50,083 nt of DNA from an uncultured Clostridia bacterium (GTDB lineage: Bacteria; Bacillota; Clostridia; TANB77; CAG-508): assembly GCA_944392505.1 (NCBI GenBank), contig CALXWU010000001.1, forward strand, positions 1 to 50,083, given 5' to 3'. A program made the translations under genes and the position numbers. A model generated the notes under the pieces. That model was not told the DNA's origin and ran no database searches. It saw only the letters and a list, made by a program, of their open reading frames with translations. Below, one piece after another: positions 11,649-22,227 of this stretch. Within the stretch, counting starts at the first letter, position 1; every line of letters starts with the position of its first letter.

Positions 11649-13679
11649 TTAGTTCATTTTTTCAAATTCAATGGTTACTTTAAATAGATCTCCATCAAGA
11701 TATATATTAAATTGTCCCCCCTGAAGTTCTGTTAAGCTTCTTGCAATCGAAAGTCCAAGTCCGCTTCCTTCAGTATTTCTTGATGCTTCCCCTCTAACAA
11801 ATCTCTGCATCAATTCATCTACACTAATATTTAGTTTTTGTTTTGATACATTTTTCAATTCTATCGAGATTGTGTTATCTTTTTGTAATATATCTGTATA
11901 AACTCTTGTGCCTTCCATTGCGTATTTTGAAATGTTTGAATACATGTTTTCTAATACTCTATACATATATCTACTATCTGCATTGATATATACATCATTT
12001 TCTGGAAATGCGATTATTTCTTCTAAATTGTGAACTTTAAATTTGTCTTCAAACTCTCCGGATACCTGCTTTATCAGTTCATTTACATTTAATCTTTCCA
12101 TATTAAGCTTGATAGCTCCAGAGGATGCTTTAGAGGCTTCAACTAAATCTTCTGTAAGCTTTTTTAGTCTTTGTGATTTACTATCAAGTATGTTTAAATA
12201 TTCTATTGCTTTTTCTCCTTGTATGTTTTCTTTTTTTAGTAAATCCACATAGTTTATTATTGAAGTAAGTGGTGTTTTTATATCATGTGATACATTTGTT
12301 ATAAGTTCTGTTTTTAGCCTTTCACTTTTTAGTTTTTCCTCTATTGCATTAGATAAACCTCCTGCAATGTCATTTATTTCTTTCGCAGTTTCTTGCATCT
12401 CTTTTACCATCTGATTTTCGTCTATCTCGATTTCGGTATTTCCATTATATAATTCATGTACTGTTTCACTGATTTTTGCATACGATTTTATTCTTTTTGA
12501 TAAAAAGCTATATGTCACTCCATACAAAAGCACAGTTAATACAAAACCTGGAAATCCATTTGACCACAAGATTCCAAAACATACCAAATTTGCTAATATA
12601 AATAATATGAAGTATAATACCAGTTTCTTGGTAATTTTTATGTCTTTCAGAAATCCTCTTATTTTATCATATATCCAATAAATAAATGTTGTTTTTATAA
12701 AAGTGTGTGTTTTTAGCCTTTTTACAACAGTTTCGAAAAATAATATACATGCTAAATACATGATAAAAATCCCCACACAAATCACAGATATTCCAAGTAC
12801 AAATGAGGTCATAGTGTTCATTCCACTAACACTGATTGTAAAACATGCTCCTATTGCCCCAATAAACATTGATATAAAAGCTGCTATCTCTACCAATATC
12901 TTATCATACCAATTAAGTTTTATTCCTTCTTGTTTTCTAGTTCTTCCCACACCTACTATAATGATTGGAACTAGTGCGATTATTAGAATGATCAAAAATG
13001 GTATAGCGAAAACCGCTTGTTGGCTTACTGATGATAAAGTGTTATATAATACTCTATTCATAGCAATATTATCTACATATTCTAAATCATCTAGCACCGC
13101 TGTATAAATTGTATAAGTATTGCTTTCAATTGTTTCAAAGCTTTCTTGTCTTAATCCACTTTCTATATATTCTATATTATCATTATTCAGTTTATTAACC
13201 GTAGTTTCTATTATTCCATTTTCATAGTTCCAATATCTTTGGTTTTGCATTATGGTATCTTTTATATTTTGTATACTACTAGTCTCTAAAGAATATTCTA
13301 AATTTGTATATGCTTTTTTTGTATTATTGTCTATTATCAGCCATATTACATTATTTCCATAATATTCATAATAATAGTTTAATTCATTTGCCTCATCATC
13401 ATTTTCTAATCCCTCAGTTTGAATATATTCGTATGAGAATATATCGCCGTCATTATTGTCCTTCAAAAAAGTTACTGCGTTTAAGCTACTGAAAATCTCT
13501 AGAGCATAATTTTCTGCAAATGTATTTGTTTCATAGTAATCCAAGCCTTCTTTGATTGCATGTCTCTCTAGCGGATAACTTAAACACACAATAAGCAAAA
13601 CTAATATTGTAAGAAATATAGGGAAAAGTACATATGATATATTTTTTAATACTCTTGGCCAACAAATCTTTTTATTCAT
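11649..13679 (-). CDS. Sensor histidine kinase (multi-TM, large N-terminal extracytoplasmic domain)
   Basis: 676 aa. H-box NVSHDIKTPLTSI, and a C-terminal HATPase with EGSGLGLSIARSL. Several hydrophobic helices in the middle. Confidence 0.92.
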   Translation of the reverse strand: MNKKICWPRVLKNISYVLFPIFLTILVLLIVCLSYPLERHAIKEGLDYYETNTFAENYALEIFSSLNAVTFLKDNNDGDIFSYEYIQTEGLENDDEANELNYYYEYYGNNVIWLIIDNNTKKAYTNLEYSLETSSIQNIKDTIMQNQRYWNYENGIIETTVNKLNNDNIEYIESGLRQESFETIESNTYTIYTAVLDDLEYVDNIAMNRVLYNTLSSVSQQAVFAIPFLIILIIALVPIIIVGVGRTRKQEGIKLNWYDKILVEIAAFISMFIGAIGACFTISVSGMNTMTSFVLGISVICVGIFIMYLACILFFETVVKRLKTHTFIKTTFIYWIYDKIRGFLKDIKITKKLVLYFILFILANLVCFGILWSNGFPGFVLTVLLYGVTYSFLSKRIKSYAKISETVHELYNGNTEIEIDENQMVKEMQETAKEINDIAGGLSNAIEEKLKSERLKTELITNVSHDIKTPLTSIINYVDLLKKENIQGEKAIEYLNILDSKSQRLKKLTEDLVEASKASSGAIKLNMERLNVNELIKQVSGEFEDKFKVHNLEEIIAFPENDVYINADSRYMYRVLENMYSNISKYAMEGTRVYTDILQKDNTISIELKNVSKQKLNISVDELMQRFVRGEASRNTEGSGLGLSIARSLTELQGGQFNIYLDGDLFKVTIEFEKMN

Positions 13680-13764
13680 TCCGTACTCCTTTTTATTCTT
13701 TATTCTTTATTTTTTACTCTACCTTCTATTAGTTATAATTCTATAATCTTACCTTTTGTTTTCC

Positions 13765-14469
13765 TTAATCCAAATTTTCAATTTTGTATCCTATTCCCCA
13801 AATAACTTTTAAATACTTAGGTTCTCTTGGATTTATTTCTATTTTTTCTCTTATGTGCCTTATATGTACTGCTATTATATTTTCTGCTCCATAGCTTTCT
13901 TCTTCCCATACATTCTCATATATTTGTTCTATCGAATATACTACTCCTTTATTTTTAGTTAAAAATTTCAATATGTTGTATTCTGTAGGTGTAAGTTTTA
14001 CTTCTTTTCCATCTACTTCAACAGTTTTAGTAGAATCATTTATAATTAAATCGCCTGATTTATATATATTGTCATCTTTTTCTTTCTTAACCATTGAACC
14101 TAAGCTTGTATATCTACGTATTTGCGAATTTACTCTTGCGATTAATTCTAATGGATTAAATGGTTTTGTCACATAATCATCTGCTCCATTATTTAATCCT
14201 GCAATTTTATCATAATCCTCTGATTTAGCAGATAACATAATAATTGGAATTGATTTGTCCTTTCTTATAATATTGGCAGTTTCAATTCCATCTAACTTTG
14301 GCATCATTATATCCAATATTATTAATTGTATATCACTATTTTTCTTTAATATTTCTAATGCTTCCATTCCATCATATGCTTTTAAAATATTATAGCCTTC
14401 TTTACTTAAATAAATTTCTATTGCTTTTACTATTTCCTTATCATCATCACAAACTAATATGTTGTACAT
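13765..14469 (-). CDS. OmpR/PhoB-family response regulator
   Basis: The receiver domain begins MYNILVCDDDKEI and continues through ..LDIMMPKLDG. A winged-helix output domain follows (LTPTEYNILKFL...GIGYKI). The start at 14469 has a GGGGGT RBS. The ORF track extends it to 14481. Confidence 0.93.
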   Translation of the reverse strand: MYNILVCDDDKEIVKAIEIYLSKEGYNILKAYDGMEALEILKKNSDIQLIILDIMMPKLDGIETANIIRKDKSIPIIMLSAKSEDYDKIAGLNNGADDYVTKPFNPLELIARVNSQIRRYTSLGSMVKKEKDDNIYKSGDLIINDSTKTVEVDGKEVKLTPTEYNILKFLTKNKGVVYSIEQIYENVWEEESYGAENIIAVHIRHIREKIEINPREPKYLKVIWGIGYKIENLD

Positions 14470-14618
14470 AAATACCCCCATTTATTTCTAAATTTTAGCT
14501 TACCTTTTTATTATACCATAGAAAAGACTATTTTGGAATTTTCATTATTAGTTTAGCATAATTTTATTAAGAAAAATGTTTATAATTATTAATAATTTAT
14601 TAATTTATTCTAAAAAAG

Positions 14619-14663
14619 TGGCTTACAAATGTAATTAGAATTTCTAATTATATCTGTAAGCCA
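14619..14663 (-). terminator. Terminator hairpin after the AI-2E transporter gene
   Basis: Arms tggcttaca (14619-14627) / tgtaagcca (14655-14663) with an inner palindrome taattagaa-tttctaatta. T-runs on both sides. Confidence 0.7.
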
Positions 14664-14671
14664 TTTTTATA

Positions 14672-15838
14672 TTATTTCTCTTTTATTTTAATAGAACCTT
14701 GCTCTCGCCGATTTGCTTCTTTCTTCTTAATTTTATACTCTATATAATCAGTTAGCAATAACTTAAAGACCGCAATTATTGGTACTGATAAAAACATTCC
14801 CCAGAATCCAAAATATGCTCCTCCTACTGCTACTGCGAAAATTACCAGTAATGGACTTATTTTTAGTGAGTTTCCTAATATTTTTGGATTTATTATATTT
14901 GCATCAATTTGTTGCAATATTGTAACAACTACAACCATTATTAGAGCTTGCCATATTCCTCCTGTTAATAGTGTGATAAGTGCTGCTATTATAACTGCAA
15001 TAATTGCACCAAAATATGGTATTAAATTGAATATACCAATCATAAAACCTAATAATATAGCATATTTCACTCCTATTATAGACATAGCTATTGATGAAAT
15101 AATTCCAATAATTATACCATCTAAAAGTTGCCCTGCTAAAAAATTGAAAAATATATTATTTGATCTGTCAAAATATTTTCCTATATTTTTATATGTATTT
15201 TCTTTTAATGTTGCCTTTCCTAACTTTTTTAAGAAGTCCATAATTTGTTTTCTTTGAAGTAGTAAATATACTGAAACAATAATTGCAACGAAAAAGTCTA
15301 ATACTTTACCAGCAACATTGATTACTCCTTTTGCGTATTCTGTTAATTTATCAATGTTTATATATTGCTTTAAATCTATATTTTTTATGCTTTCAAGTAA
15401 ATCCATTACTATTTCATTTCTTAAAATAGAATCTTGTGGTAAGTTTTCTATATTAGTGGTAAATGAATTATAATATCCTTGGATATTATTAATTAAATCA
15501 ATTACACTGGTCGAAATGATAGGTAATAGATAATTAAATGCAATAATTAATATAAGTACTGCAATCAAGTAAACAGTAAGAACTGATAATCCCCTTGCTC
15601 TATTGTGTATAAATTTTACTTTCTTTGCTTTTCTGTATACTCCCTCAAGTTTTCTACATGGGATATATAGTAAATATGCAATCAGCAAGCCTATGCCAAA
15701 AGGCATTAGAACCTCTAAAAGATTCTTTATCCAATTTCCAATTGCCGTAAAATTATCTAAGGTTTTGTATACAAGGATAATAGCAACTGCAAACAAAAAC
15801 CAGTACAGCCATTTAGTTATTTTTCTCTTATTTTCCAT
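14672..15838 (-). CDS. AI-2E family transporter (PerM/UPF0118)
   Basis: 388 aa, polytopic. The block ..IPYFGAIIAVIIAALITL.. and ..QQIDANIINPKILGNSLKISPLLVIF is typical of the family. There is an in-frame CGG at 14710..14708 in the non-conserved tail, so the alternative +1 stop would be at 14683. Confidence 0.88.
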   Translation of the reverse strand: MENKRKITKWLYWFLFAVAIILVYKTLDNFTAIGNWIKNLLEVLMPFGIGLLIAYLLYIPCRKLEGVYRKAKKVKFIHNRARGLSVLTVYLIAVLILIIAFNYLLPIISTSVIDLINNIQGYYNSFTTNIENLPQDSILRNEIVMDLLESIKNIDLKQYINIDKLTEYAKGVINVAGKVLDFFVAIIVSVYLLLQRKQIMDFLKKLGKATLKENTYKNIGKYFDRSNNIFFNFLAGQLLDGIIIGIISSIAMSIIGVKYAILLGFMIGIFNLIPYFGAIIAVIIAALITLLTGGIWQALIMVVVVTILQQIDANIINPKILGNSLKISPLLVIFAVAVGGAYFGFWGMFLSVPIIAVFKLLLTDYIEYKIKKKEANRREQGSIKIKEK

Positions 15839-15890
15839 CTACTAATCTCCTTCCTGAACAAAATTGAACAAAAGGGACTCTCCTTTTTAT

Positions 15891-16658
15891 TCAAATCTCT
15901 ATATCTAATCCTACTGGGCAATGGTCGCTTCCCATAATATCTGAATATATGTAGCTTTCCTTAATTTTATTTTCTATTGATTTTGACACTATAAAATAAT
16001 CAATTCTCCAGCCCGCATTTTTCTCTCTTGCTTTAAACATATATGACCACCAAGTATACATATCGGTTTTATCTGGATACAAGTATCTAAATGTATCGAC
16101 AAATCCTGCATTTAATAGTTCAGTCATTTTGTTTCTTTCTTCATCTGTAAAACCAGCGTTTCTTCTATTAGTTTTAGGATTTTTTAAATCAATTTCCTCA
16201 TGAGCGACATTTAAATCTCCACAGACAATCACAGGCTTTATCTCATTTAGTTTAAGTAAATATTTTCTAAATTCGTCTTCCCATATCATTCTATAGTCTA
16301 GTCTTTCTAATTCTCTCTTTGAATTAGGAGTATAACAATTAATCATAAAAAAATTATCAAATTCTAAGGTAATTACTCTTCCTTCTTTATCATGTTCTTC
16401 TATGCCAATACCATATGTGACAGCATTTGGTCTAAGTTTTGTAAAAATAGCTGTTCCAGAGTACCCCTTCTTTTCTGCACTATTCCAATATGAGTTATAT
16501 TCTTTAAAAATTTCTTTTATGTTTTCGTCTATTTGATCTTCTTGCATTTTCGTTTCCTGAATACAAAATATATCTGCATCTACCTCTTTAAAAAACTTTT
16601 CAAATCCCTTATTTATTACTGCTCTTAATCCATTTACATTCCACGAAACTAATTTCAT
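15891..16658 (-). CDS. xth: Exodeoxyribonuclease III (AP endonuclease)
   Basis: MKLVSWNVNGLRA..FCIQETK..GYSGTAIF..CGDLNVAH..WRIDYF..GSDHCPV. The start at 16658 has a GAAAGGAA RBS. The ORF track extends it to 16688. Confidence 0.94.
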   Translation of the reverse strand: MKLVSWNVNGLRAVINKGFEKFFKEVDADIFCIQETKMQEDQIDENIKEIFKEYNSYWNSAEKKGYSGTAIFTKLRPNAVTYGIGIEEHDKEGRVITLEFDNFFMINCYTPNSKRELERLDYRMIWEDEFRKYLLKLNEIKPVIVCGDLNVAHEEIDLKNPKTNRRNAGFTDEERNKMTELLNAGFVDTFRYLYPDKTDMYTWWSYMFKAREKNAGWRIDYFIVSKSIENKIKESYIYSDIMGSDHCPVGLDIEI

Positions 16659-16707
16659 TTTTACTAACATTCCTTTCAACCTTTTCATATATTATAAAAC
16701 CAACAAT

Positions 16708-16731
16708 AAGGAGATAGTTTCCCATCTCCTT
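16708..16731 (-). terminator. Terminator hairpin after the G5/SleB hydrolase gene
   Basis: 8-bp stem aaggagat (16708-16715) / atctcctt (16724-16731). The minus-strand 3' side is T-rich. Confidence 0.6.
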
Positions 16732-16751
16732 CCTTTAATCATTGCTTTTTA

Positions 16752-17753
16752 TTATAATGAATTGAAATATACGTTTCCACCTATTATTTCTCCTGAATGG
16801 TAACCAGCTGCTCTAAATGATAAATATGTGTGATTTCTTTTACCATTTAATGCATCTAAAACGGCTTGTTTTACATAATCCGGATAATTACCATTAAGTC
16901 TTTTTCTCCAGTGGTTATCTATAGAATAACAGAACTGACTAGGTGCCATATATTGGCTTAGTGGGTCTGAACCATATCTTTTCCAGCTACTACTTACTGT
17001 TCTGTTACATGCAGTTGTAATAACTGCTAATGCTCCAGTATAGCTATAACTACACTCTTGTGCAGTTATAGCGCATAATAAGTCTAACTCGCTCTCTGTA
17101 TATGTCCATGTTCCACCATTATAAGTGGTTCTTGAATCACCTCTTGTTGTGACTTGTTTTGTTCTGATCTCTACAATTTTGTCAACTGGCTCTTTTATAA
17201 CCTTAGAAGAAACTTTTGTTTTTTCTATTTCTTCACCATTTTGATATTTAACCCTATATGTTACTTCTCTAATTCCATTTTCACCTTGTTGTACAACTCT
17301 ATCTTGCTTTGTACCACTACCTGTTGTAACATCTCTTGTAATTGTTTCATAAGGTATCTCTTCTTCTTCAACAACTATTTTTTCTACTATTTTTGAATAA
17401 TTGTTTAAGATATCTTCAGTAGTTACATCAGAAGATTTCTCTATATTTTCATAAACTTCAACCTCTTCTGACTCTTTTGATATTATTATTGTATTGTTAT
17501 CTGATAATTCTTCACTTGTATCTGGTGTTACTTTTTCATCTTCTAATAATACAATATGGTTCTCGTCTAAAATATCTTTGACACTTGTCTTAGTAGTTAA
17601 AATGTTCATCTCATAACCACTTGATAAAACAATTTTAACATTGTTTACCTTGACATTACCTGCCATTACGCCAATGCTTAGCAAGAAAATAAGTATAATA
17701 CTAATACATACTATCTTTCTCAGCGATATAGACGCTTTATCATTATTTTTCAT
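16752..17753 (-). CDS. Cell-wall hydrolase with DUF348-like, G5 and SleB-type (Hydrolase_2) domains
   Basis: 333 aa. N-terminal TM. The G5-like segment is PYETITRDV..QGENGIREVTYRVKYQNGEE. The C-terminal segment ELDLLCAITAQEC..GALAVITTACNR..PSQF resembles SleB-family amidase/lytic domains. Confidence 0.7.
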   Translation of the reverse strand: MKNNDKASISLRKIVCISIILIFLLSIGVMAGNVKVNNVKIVLSSGYEMNILTTKTSVKDILDENHIVLLEDEKVTPDTSEELSDNNTIIISKESEEVEVYENIEKSSDVTTEDILNNYSKIVEKIVVEEEEIPYETITRDVTTGSGTKQDRVVQQGENGIREVTYRVKYQNGEEIEKTKVSSKVIKEPVDKIVEIRTKQVTTRGDSRTTYNGGTWTYTESELDLLCAITAQECSYSYTGALAVITTACNRTVSSSWKRYGSDPLSQYMAPSQFCYSIDNHWRKRLNGNYPDYVKQAVLDALNGKRNHTYLSFRAAGYHSGEIIGGNVYFNSL

Positions 17754-18040
17754 ACGAAATTTGTTCCCTCCTTTAAAAGCAACACATTTATTATACCATA
17801 ATTACACTTCTATGTCAAATTTTGGCTAATCTTCCCAATTAATTGGTATAACTCGTATTTTTAAAATTAACATAATTTACAAAAATCTTGTAAGTACCTA
17901 TACTACTATTATATGTTGCTTGTACAAAAAATATGACTAAAATTTTCACAAAATTTACATATATTTTTCATATTAGTTGTATAATATTTAATAGTATGAT
18001 ATTATATTTATATAATTTGATAATAAGGAGGAACGATCTT

Positions 18041-18601
18041 ATGTGGCCATTATGGATCATACTTGGAATAATTGTAGTAATTATTATTGCACTAATTGCT
18101 ATCTACAATAGTTTAGTAACTTTAAGACTTAGAGTCAAAAATGCTTGGAGTCAAATTGATGTTCAATTACAAAGAAGATTTGATTTAATTCCAAATTTAG
18201 TTGAAACTGTAAAAGGTTACATGGAGCATGAATCTGAGGTGTTAACAAGAGTTGCCGAATTACGTACATCTTGGTCAAATGCCAAAACAGTAGATGAGAA
18301 AGCAAAATTAGATAATCAATTATCAGAATCTTTAAAAACAATTATGGCAGTTGCAGAAAATTACCCAGATTTAAAAGCTAACCAAAACTTTAATGAGTTA
18401 CAAACTGAACTTACTAACACAGAAAACAAAATATCTTATTCAAGACAATTCTATAATGATACTGTAACTAGATATAATACAAAACTTGAAGTTTTCCCTT
18501 CAAATATTGTAGCATCTATGTTCCATTTCACAGCAGAAGAATTATTTGAAGTAGATAACCAAGAAGCTAGAAAAAATGTAAAAGTAGATTTTAGCAAATA
18601 A
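18041..18601 (+). CDS. lemA: LemA family protein
   Basis: MWPLWIILG.. TM segment followed by [58 protein letters not shown] at 18025. The ORF-track start at 17933 is an upstream extension. Confidence 0.92.
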   Translation: MWPLWIILGIIVVIIIALIAIYNSLVTLRLRVKNAWSQIDVQLQRRFDLIPNLVETVKGYMEHESEVLTRVAELRTSWSNAKTVDEKAKLDNQLSESLKTIMAVAENYPDLKANQNFNELQTELTNTENKISYSRQFYNDTVTRYNTKLEVFPSNIVASMFHFTAEELFEVDNQEARKNVKVDFSK

Positions 18602-18691
18602 GAAAACAATTTTGCCACACTCTTAAACGGTTTTTATCGTTTTAAAGTTGTGGCTCTTAATTTAAATTATATAGGAGAATGGTATTTAATT

Positions 18692-19594
18692 ATGTATGAA
18701 GATATTCGAAATAATAAAATAAAGACTGGAGTTATAGTAACAATATTCTTAGTTGTGATAACTTTAATTGTTTACTATGTATGTATGGCTTTTGACCTAG
18801 GCATAGTTTCTATATTTATAGCAATGGCATTTTCTATTGGTACTTCTTGGGCTTCATATTACTATAGTGACAAAATAGTACTTTCAATTAATAAAGCCCA
18901 TCCAGCTAATCAAGAGCAATACGCTAAATTGAATAATATACTAGGTGGTTTAATGGTTGCATCTGGCTTGCAACATAGACCTAAATTATATGTTGTAGAT
19001 GATCCTCAGCCAAATGCTTTTGCAACAGGAAGGAATCCAGAAAATGCAGTTATATGCGTTACAACAGGACTTTTAGAAAAGATGGATTATTATGAACTAG
19101 AGGGAGTTGTTGCACATGAACTATCACATATAAAGAATTATGATATTCGTCTTTCTGCTGTTGTAAGTGTAATGGTCGGATTTATTGTAATACTTGCAGA
19201 CTGGGTTAGTAGAGCATTATTTTGGGGATTCGGAGACAGAGATAACGACTCAAAAAGTGGTAATCCAATATTAATGTTAATTGGTTTAATCTGTTTAATT
19301 CTTGCACCAATTTTTGGTCAATTAATGCAACTTGCACTATCAAGGAGAAGAGAATTTTTGGCTGATGCTAGTGCAGTAGAGCTTACAAGAAATCCTGATG
19401 GGATGATTTCTGCTTTGCAAAAACTTGATTCAGATCCAAATGAATTGAAGACTGCAAATAATTCAACAGCACATATGTATATAGTAAGTCCATTTAAAGC
19501 AAATGCTAAAGATGGTAAGAAAAGAAAAACTAGCCTATTTTCTACCCACCCATCAATAGATGATAGAATTGAAGCTATTAGGAATTTAAAATAG
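18692..19594 (+). CDS. htpX: M48-family zinc protease HtpX homologue
   Basis: HELSHIKNYD (HExxH), ..PNAFATGRNP.. and ..EFLADASAVELT... This is the conserved lemA-htpX pairing. The ATG at 18692 has an AGGAGA RBS. Confidence 0.92.
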   Translation: MYEDIRNNKIKTGVIVTIFLVVITLIVYYVCMAFDLGIVSIFIAMAFSIGTSWASYYYSDKIVLSINKAHPANQEQYAKLNNILGGLMVASGLQHRPKLYVVDDPQPNAFATGRNPENAVICVTTGLLEKMDYYELEGVVAHELSHIKNYDIRLSAVVSVMVGFIVILADWVSRALFWGFGDRDNDSKSGNPILMLIGLICLILAPIFGQLMQLALSRRREFLADASAVELTRNPDGMISALQKLDSDPNELKTANNSTAHMYIVSPFKANAKDGKKRKTSLFSTHPSIDDRIEAIRNLK

Positions 19595-19613
19595 GTTTGA
19601 ATTCAAACCTATT
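19590..19613. terminator. Bidirectional terminator palindrome between convergent htpX and tatD
   Basis: Perfect 24-nt palindrome aataggtttgaa/ttcaaacctatt, flanked by A/T runs. Confidence 0.7.
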
Positions 19614-20405
19614 TTACAAATTAATTTCAAAAATTTTGCAAGCATTTCTATAAGTTGCCTTTGCAATTTCATCAACTGATATACCTTTAACACTAGCAAT
19701 TTTCTCTGCAATAAATTTTACATTTCTTGAGTCATTTCTTTTACCCCTATTTGGTTCTGGTGATAAATATGGGCTATCTGTTTCTATTAGCATCCTATCT
19801 AATGGACACATATCTATTATCTCATTTGCATTTTTAGAATTTTTAAATGTGACAGGTCCTGCAAAAGATATATAAAATCCAAGTTTAAGAGCTTCTTTCA
19901 CTAATTCTCTGTTTAATGGACAACAATGGAATACTCCATGTTTAACAACTTGGTTTTTCTTTAAAATTTCTAATGTATCCATTACAGCATCTCTTGTGTG
20001 AATTACAATTGGCAGATTCATAGAATTTGCAATTTCAATTTGTTTAATAAATGCATTTTTTTGTAATTCAATATTATCCGTATTCCAATAATAATCTAAT
20101 CCTATTTCTCCAATTGCGACTATCTTTTTGCTATTCTTATTTTCTTCTAAAAATTTGACTAGCTCGCTTAGCTCTAGTCCTAAGCTCTTTTCATTATCTG
20201 GTATATCATTAGGAGAAATGCCTGAAATAGTATACATCCAATCATATTTCTCTGCTATTTTTAGAGCAAATTTTGAAGCTTCTAAACTATAACCTGCATT
20301 AATCACTTTTGTTACACCAGCTTCAAATATTTGCTTGATAACTAATTCTCTGTCAGTATCAAATTTTTCATCATTATAATGTGCATGTGAATCAAATAGT
20401 TCCAT
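19614..20405 (-). CDS. tatD: TatD-family metal-dependent hydrolase/DNase
   Basis: 263 aa. MELFDSHAHYND.., ..GEIGLDYYW.., ..PIVIHTRDA.. and ..LIETDSPYLSP.. Confidence 0.93.
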   Translation of the reverse strand: MELFDSHAHYNDEKFDTDRELVIKQIFEAGVTKVINAGYSLEASKFALKIAEKYDWMYTISGISPNDIPDNEKSLGLELSELVKFLEENKNSKKIVAIGEIGLDYYWNTDNIELQKNAFIKQIEIANSMNLPIVIHTRDAVMDTLEILKKNQVVKHGVFHCCPLNRELVKEALKLGFYISFAGPVTFKNSKNANEIIDMCPLDRMLIETDSPYLSPEPNRGKRNDSRNVKFIAEKIASVKGISVDEIAKATYRNACKIFEINL

Positions 20406-20428
20406 AATTCTTCCTTTTCATGATTTAT

Positions 20429-20848
20429 TTAGTTTTTCAAATTCTCTTCAAATATTGCTACAGCACTTGCTACAGCATATTCTTTTATATGAGAGATACT
20501 TATATCTATGTTTATAAGTTTAATATCTGCAGTTTTATTGATGTTTTCGATTAGTTTGTCCACATTTATTTCAGGTTTTCCACTTTCATCATTTAATATT
20601 TCTATGTCTTTCCATAATGCATCCTCTCTACCTGAAATATATTTTGACATTGCTTTAAATACTGCCTCTTTTGCTGCAAACCTAGCTGCAAAATGCTGAT
20701 ATTTCATAATATCAGATTTATTACAATACTGTATTTCGTCCTCTGTATAAATTCTATTTAAGAAGCCATTTCCCATATCGTCAATGGCTTCTTTTATTCT
20801 TTCTACTTCAATTATATCAATTCCCGTTGTAATTTTCATTTTGTACAT
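20429..20848 (-). CDS. acpS: Holo-[acyl-carrier-protein] synthase
   Basis: GIDIIEVERI.., FAARFAAKEAVFKA, ..ISISH... The true start is possibly the internal MKITTG at 20839. Confidence 0.9.
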   Translation of the reverse strand: MYKMKITTGIDIIEVERIKEAIDDMGNGFLNRIYTEDEIQYCNKSDIMKYQHFAARFAAKEAVFKAMSKYISGREDALWKDIEILNDESGKPEINVDKLIENINKTADIKLINIDISISHIKEYAVASAVAIFEENLKN

Positions 20849-20852
20849 CCTC

Positions 20853-22097
20853 TCATTTCATGCTTGCAATAATAATAGTAAATATATTTATAATTAAAAT
20901 TGTAACTACAACTACTAGAGTTATTATGTTATTTTTATTTAACTGTTCTACATTATGCTTTTTATATGTTATATCATACTCACTTTTAATTTTTAAATAC
21001 ATGGAGTTAATATCCAAGTTCTCTATCCAGCAAGTCTCTAATGTTTTTCCGAACTCTTCATTCGTTATATCTTGTATCCATATTTTTTTTGTAAAATCTA
21101 ACAATCCCTTCTCTGCTTTTTTAAACTTCTTTTTAAATTCATAATTTAATTTATTTAAAAAGATTTTTTTATATAATGTTAATAAATATGTATATAAATA
21201 TTCACTTTCAAATTTTTGCGGTACTAGCGTAAAGTTTGAAGGATTTATATTAGATGTAAATAATACTGTACTTGTTGCAGTAAATCCATATTTTAAGTAC
21301 TGGTTCTTGTATACCAGTTTTCTATTTTCACTCTCTACAATACTATACTCATCATTTATTATCTGTGAATTGGCTGGTAATGTTGAGCGGTATTTTTCAA
21401 ATAAGCTATTTAAATCATTATCATTTGTATTTTCATTCCAATCCTTTTGATCTATACATGAATATGAATATACAAAAAATTTATCATTTCCTATATTAGC
21501 TTTTTTTGAAATATTATCATTCCCTGTAATTTCTTTAATTAAAATAGAAATATCTTTCACATCTTTAAATGCGTTGGATTGTATTTTAATATTTTCATAT
21601 TCTTTTAGGTTATATGCAATTGAATTTACTTCTCTAAATTTATAATTAAAATTTAGTACATCTGAAAAACTATCCGTATTCTCCAAATTTGTTTTAAACA
21701 ATAGGAAGCAGATTCCAGTTCTATAACAGATTATTTTTATTTCTGATATTTCAAAAAATATTCCATTATTTGTTTCTACTTTTCCCTGCAGACTTTCTGG
21801 TAATTCATAATTAAATACATTACACTCATGTTCAGATAGTAAAGTAGATTGAACAGTTGTATCTAATCTCTCAAAATCCTTTATTCCTTTTGGTTCCATG
21901 TCAAAGGACCAAAACATAAAGTCTCTAATAGTTGGTAAAAAGTATGTATATAAATGAATGTCTTTACGTTTATCAAAAAACCTTACTTTACATTTTTTAT
22001 TTCTTAGCAGTCTCTGTAAATAATTTTTATATTTTTCTTCTTCAATTACATATGGATAAATAAAATATGTATATTGATATTTCGTCATTAGTTCCAT
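20853..22097 (-). CDS. Hypothetical protein with a single C-terminal TM helix
   Basis: 414-aa ORF with no family I can name. The C-terminal ITLVVVVTILIINIFTIIIA is hydrophobic. There is a 4-nt gap to acpS, suggesting co-transcription. Confidence 0.55.
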   Translation of the reverse strand: MELMTKYQYTYFIYPYVIEEEKYKNYLQRLLRNKKCKVRFFDKRKDIHLYTYFLPTIRDFMFWSFDMEPKGIKDFERLDTTVQSTLLSEHECNVFNYELPESLQGKVETNNGIFFEISEIKIICYRTGICFLLFKTNLENTDSFSDVLNFNYKFREVNSIAYNLKEYENIKIQSNAFKDVKDISILIKEITGNDNISKKANIGNDKFFVYSYSCIDQKDWNENTNDNDLNSLFEKYRSTLPANSQIINDEYSIVESENRKLVYKNQYLKYGFTATSTVLFTSNINPSNFTLVPQKFESEYLYTYLLTLYKKIFLNKLNYEFKKKFKKAEKGLLDFTKKIWIQDITNEEFGKTLETCWIENLDINSMYLKIKSEYDITYKKHNVEQLNKNNIITLVVVVTILIINIFTIIIASMK

Positions 22098-22181
22098 TAT
22101 TTAATTCATTCCTTGTACAATTAATTTAGATTTTTATAAAGGATTTACCTATAAACCTTGCTTACAAGATAATATAATTCT

Positions 22182-22210
22182 GGTTGAAAAATAGCAACTA
22201 TTTTTCAACC
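22182..22210 (-). terminator. Strong hairpin after the WG-repeat gene
   Basis: 13-bp stem ggttgaaaaatag (22182-22194) / ctatttttcaacc (22198-22210) with a 3-nt loop. Confidence 0.7.
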
Positions 22211-22227
22211 AATTATATTCTTATATT

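Noticed and set aside
17933-18691. Long N-terminal extensions of lemA (from 17933) and htpX (from 18650), and similar ones for xth (16688) and the response regulator (14481)
   Set aside because: Internal ATGs with strong RBSs coincide with the conserved family N-termini, so the extensions are longest-ORF artefacts.
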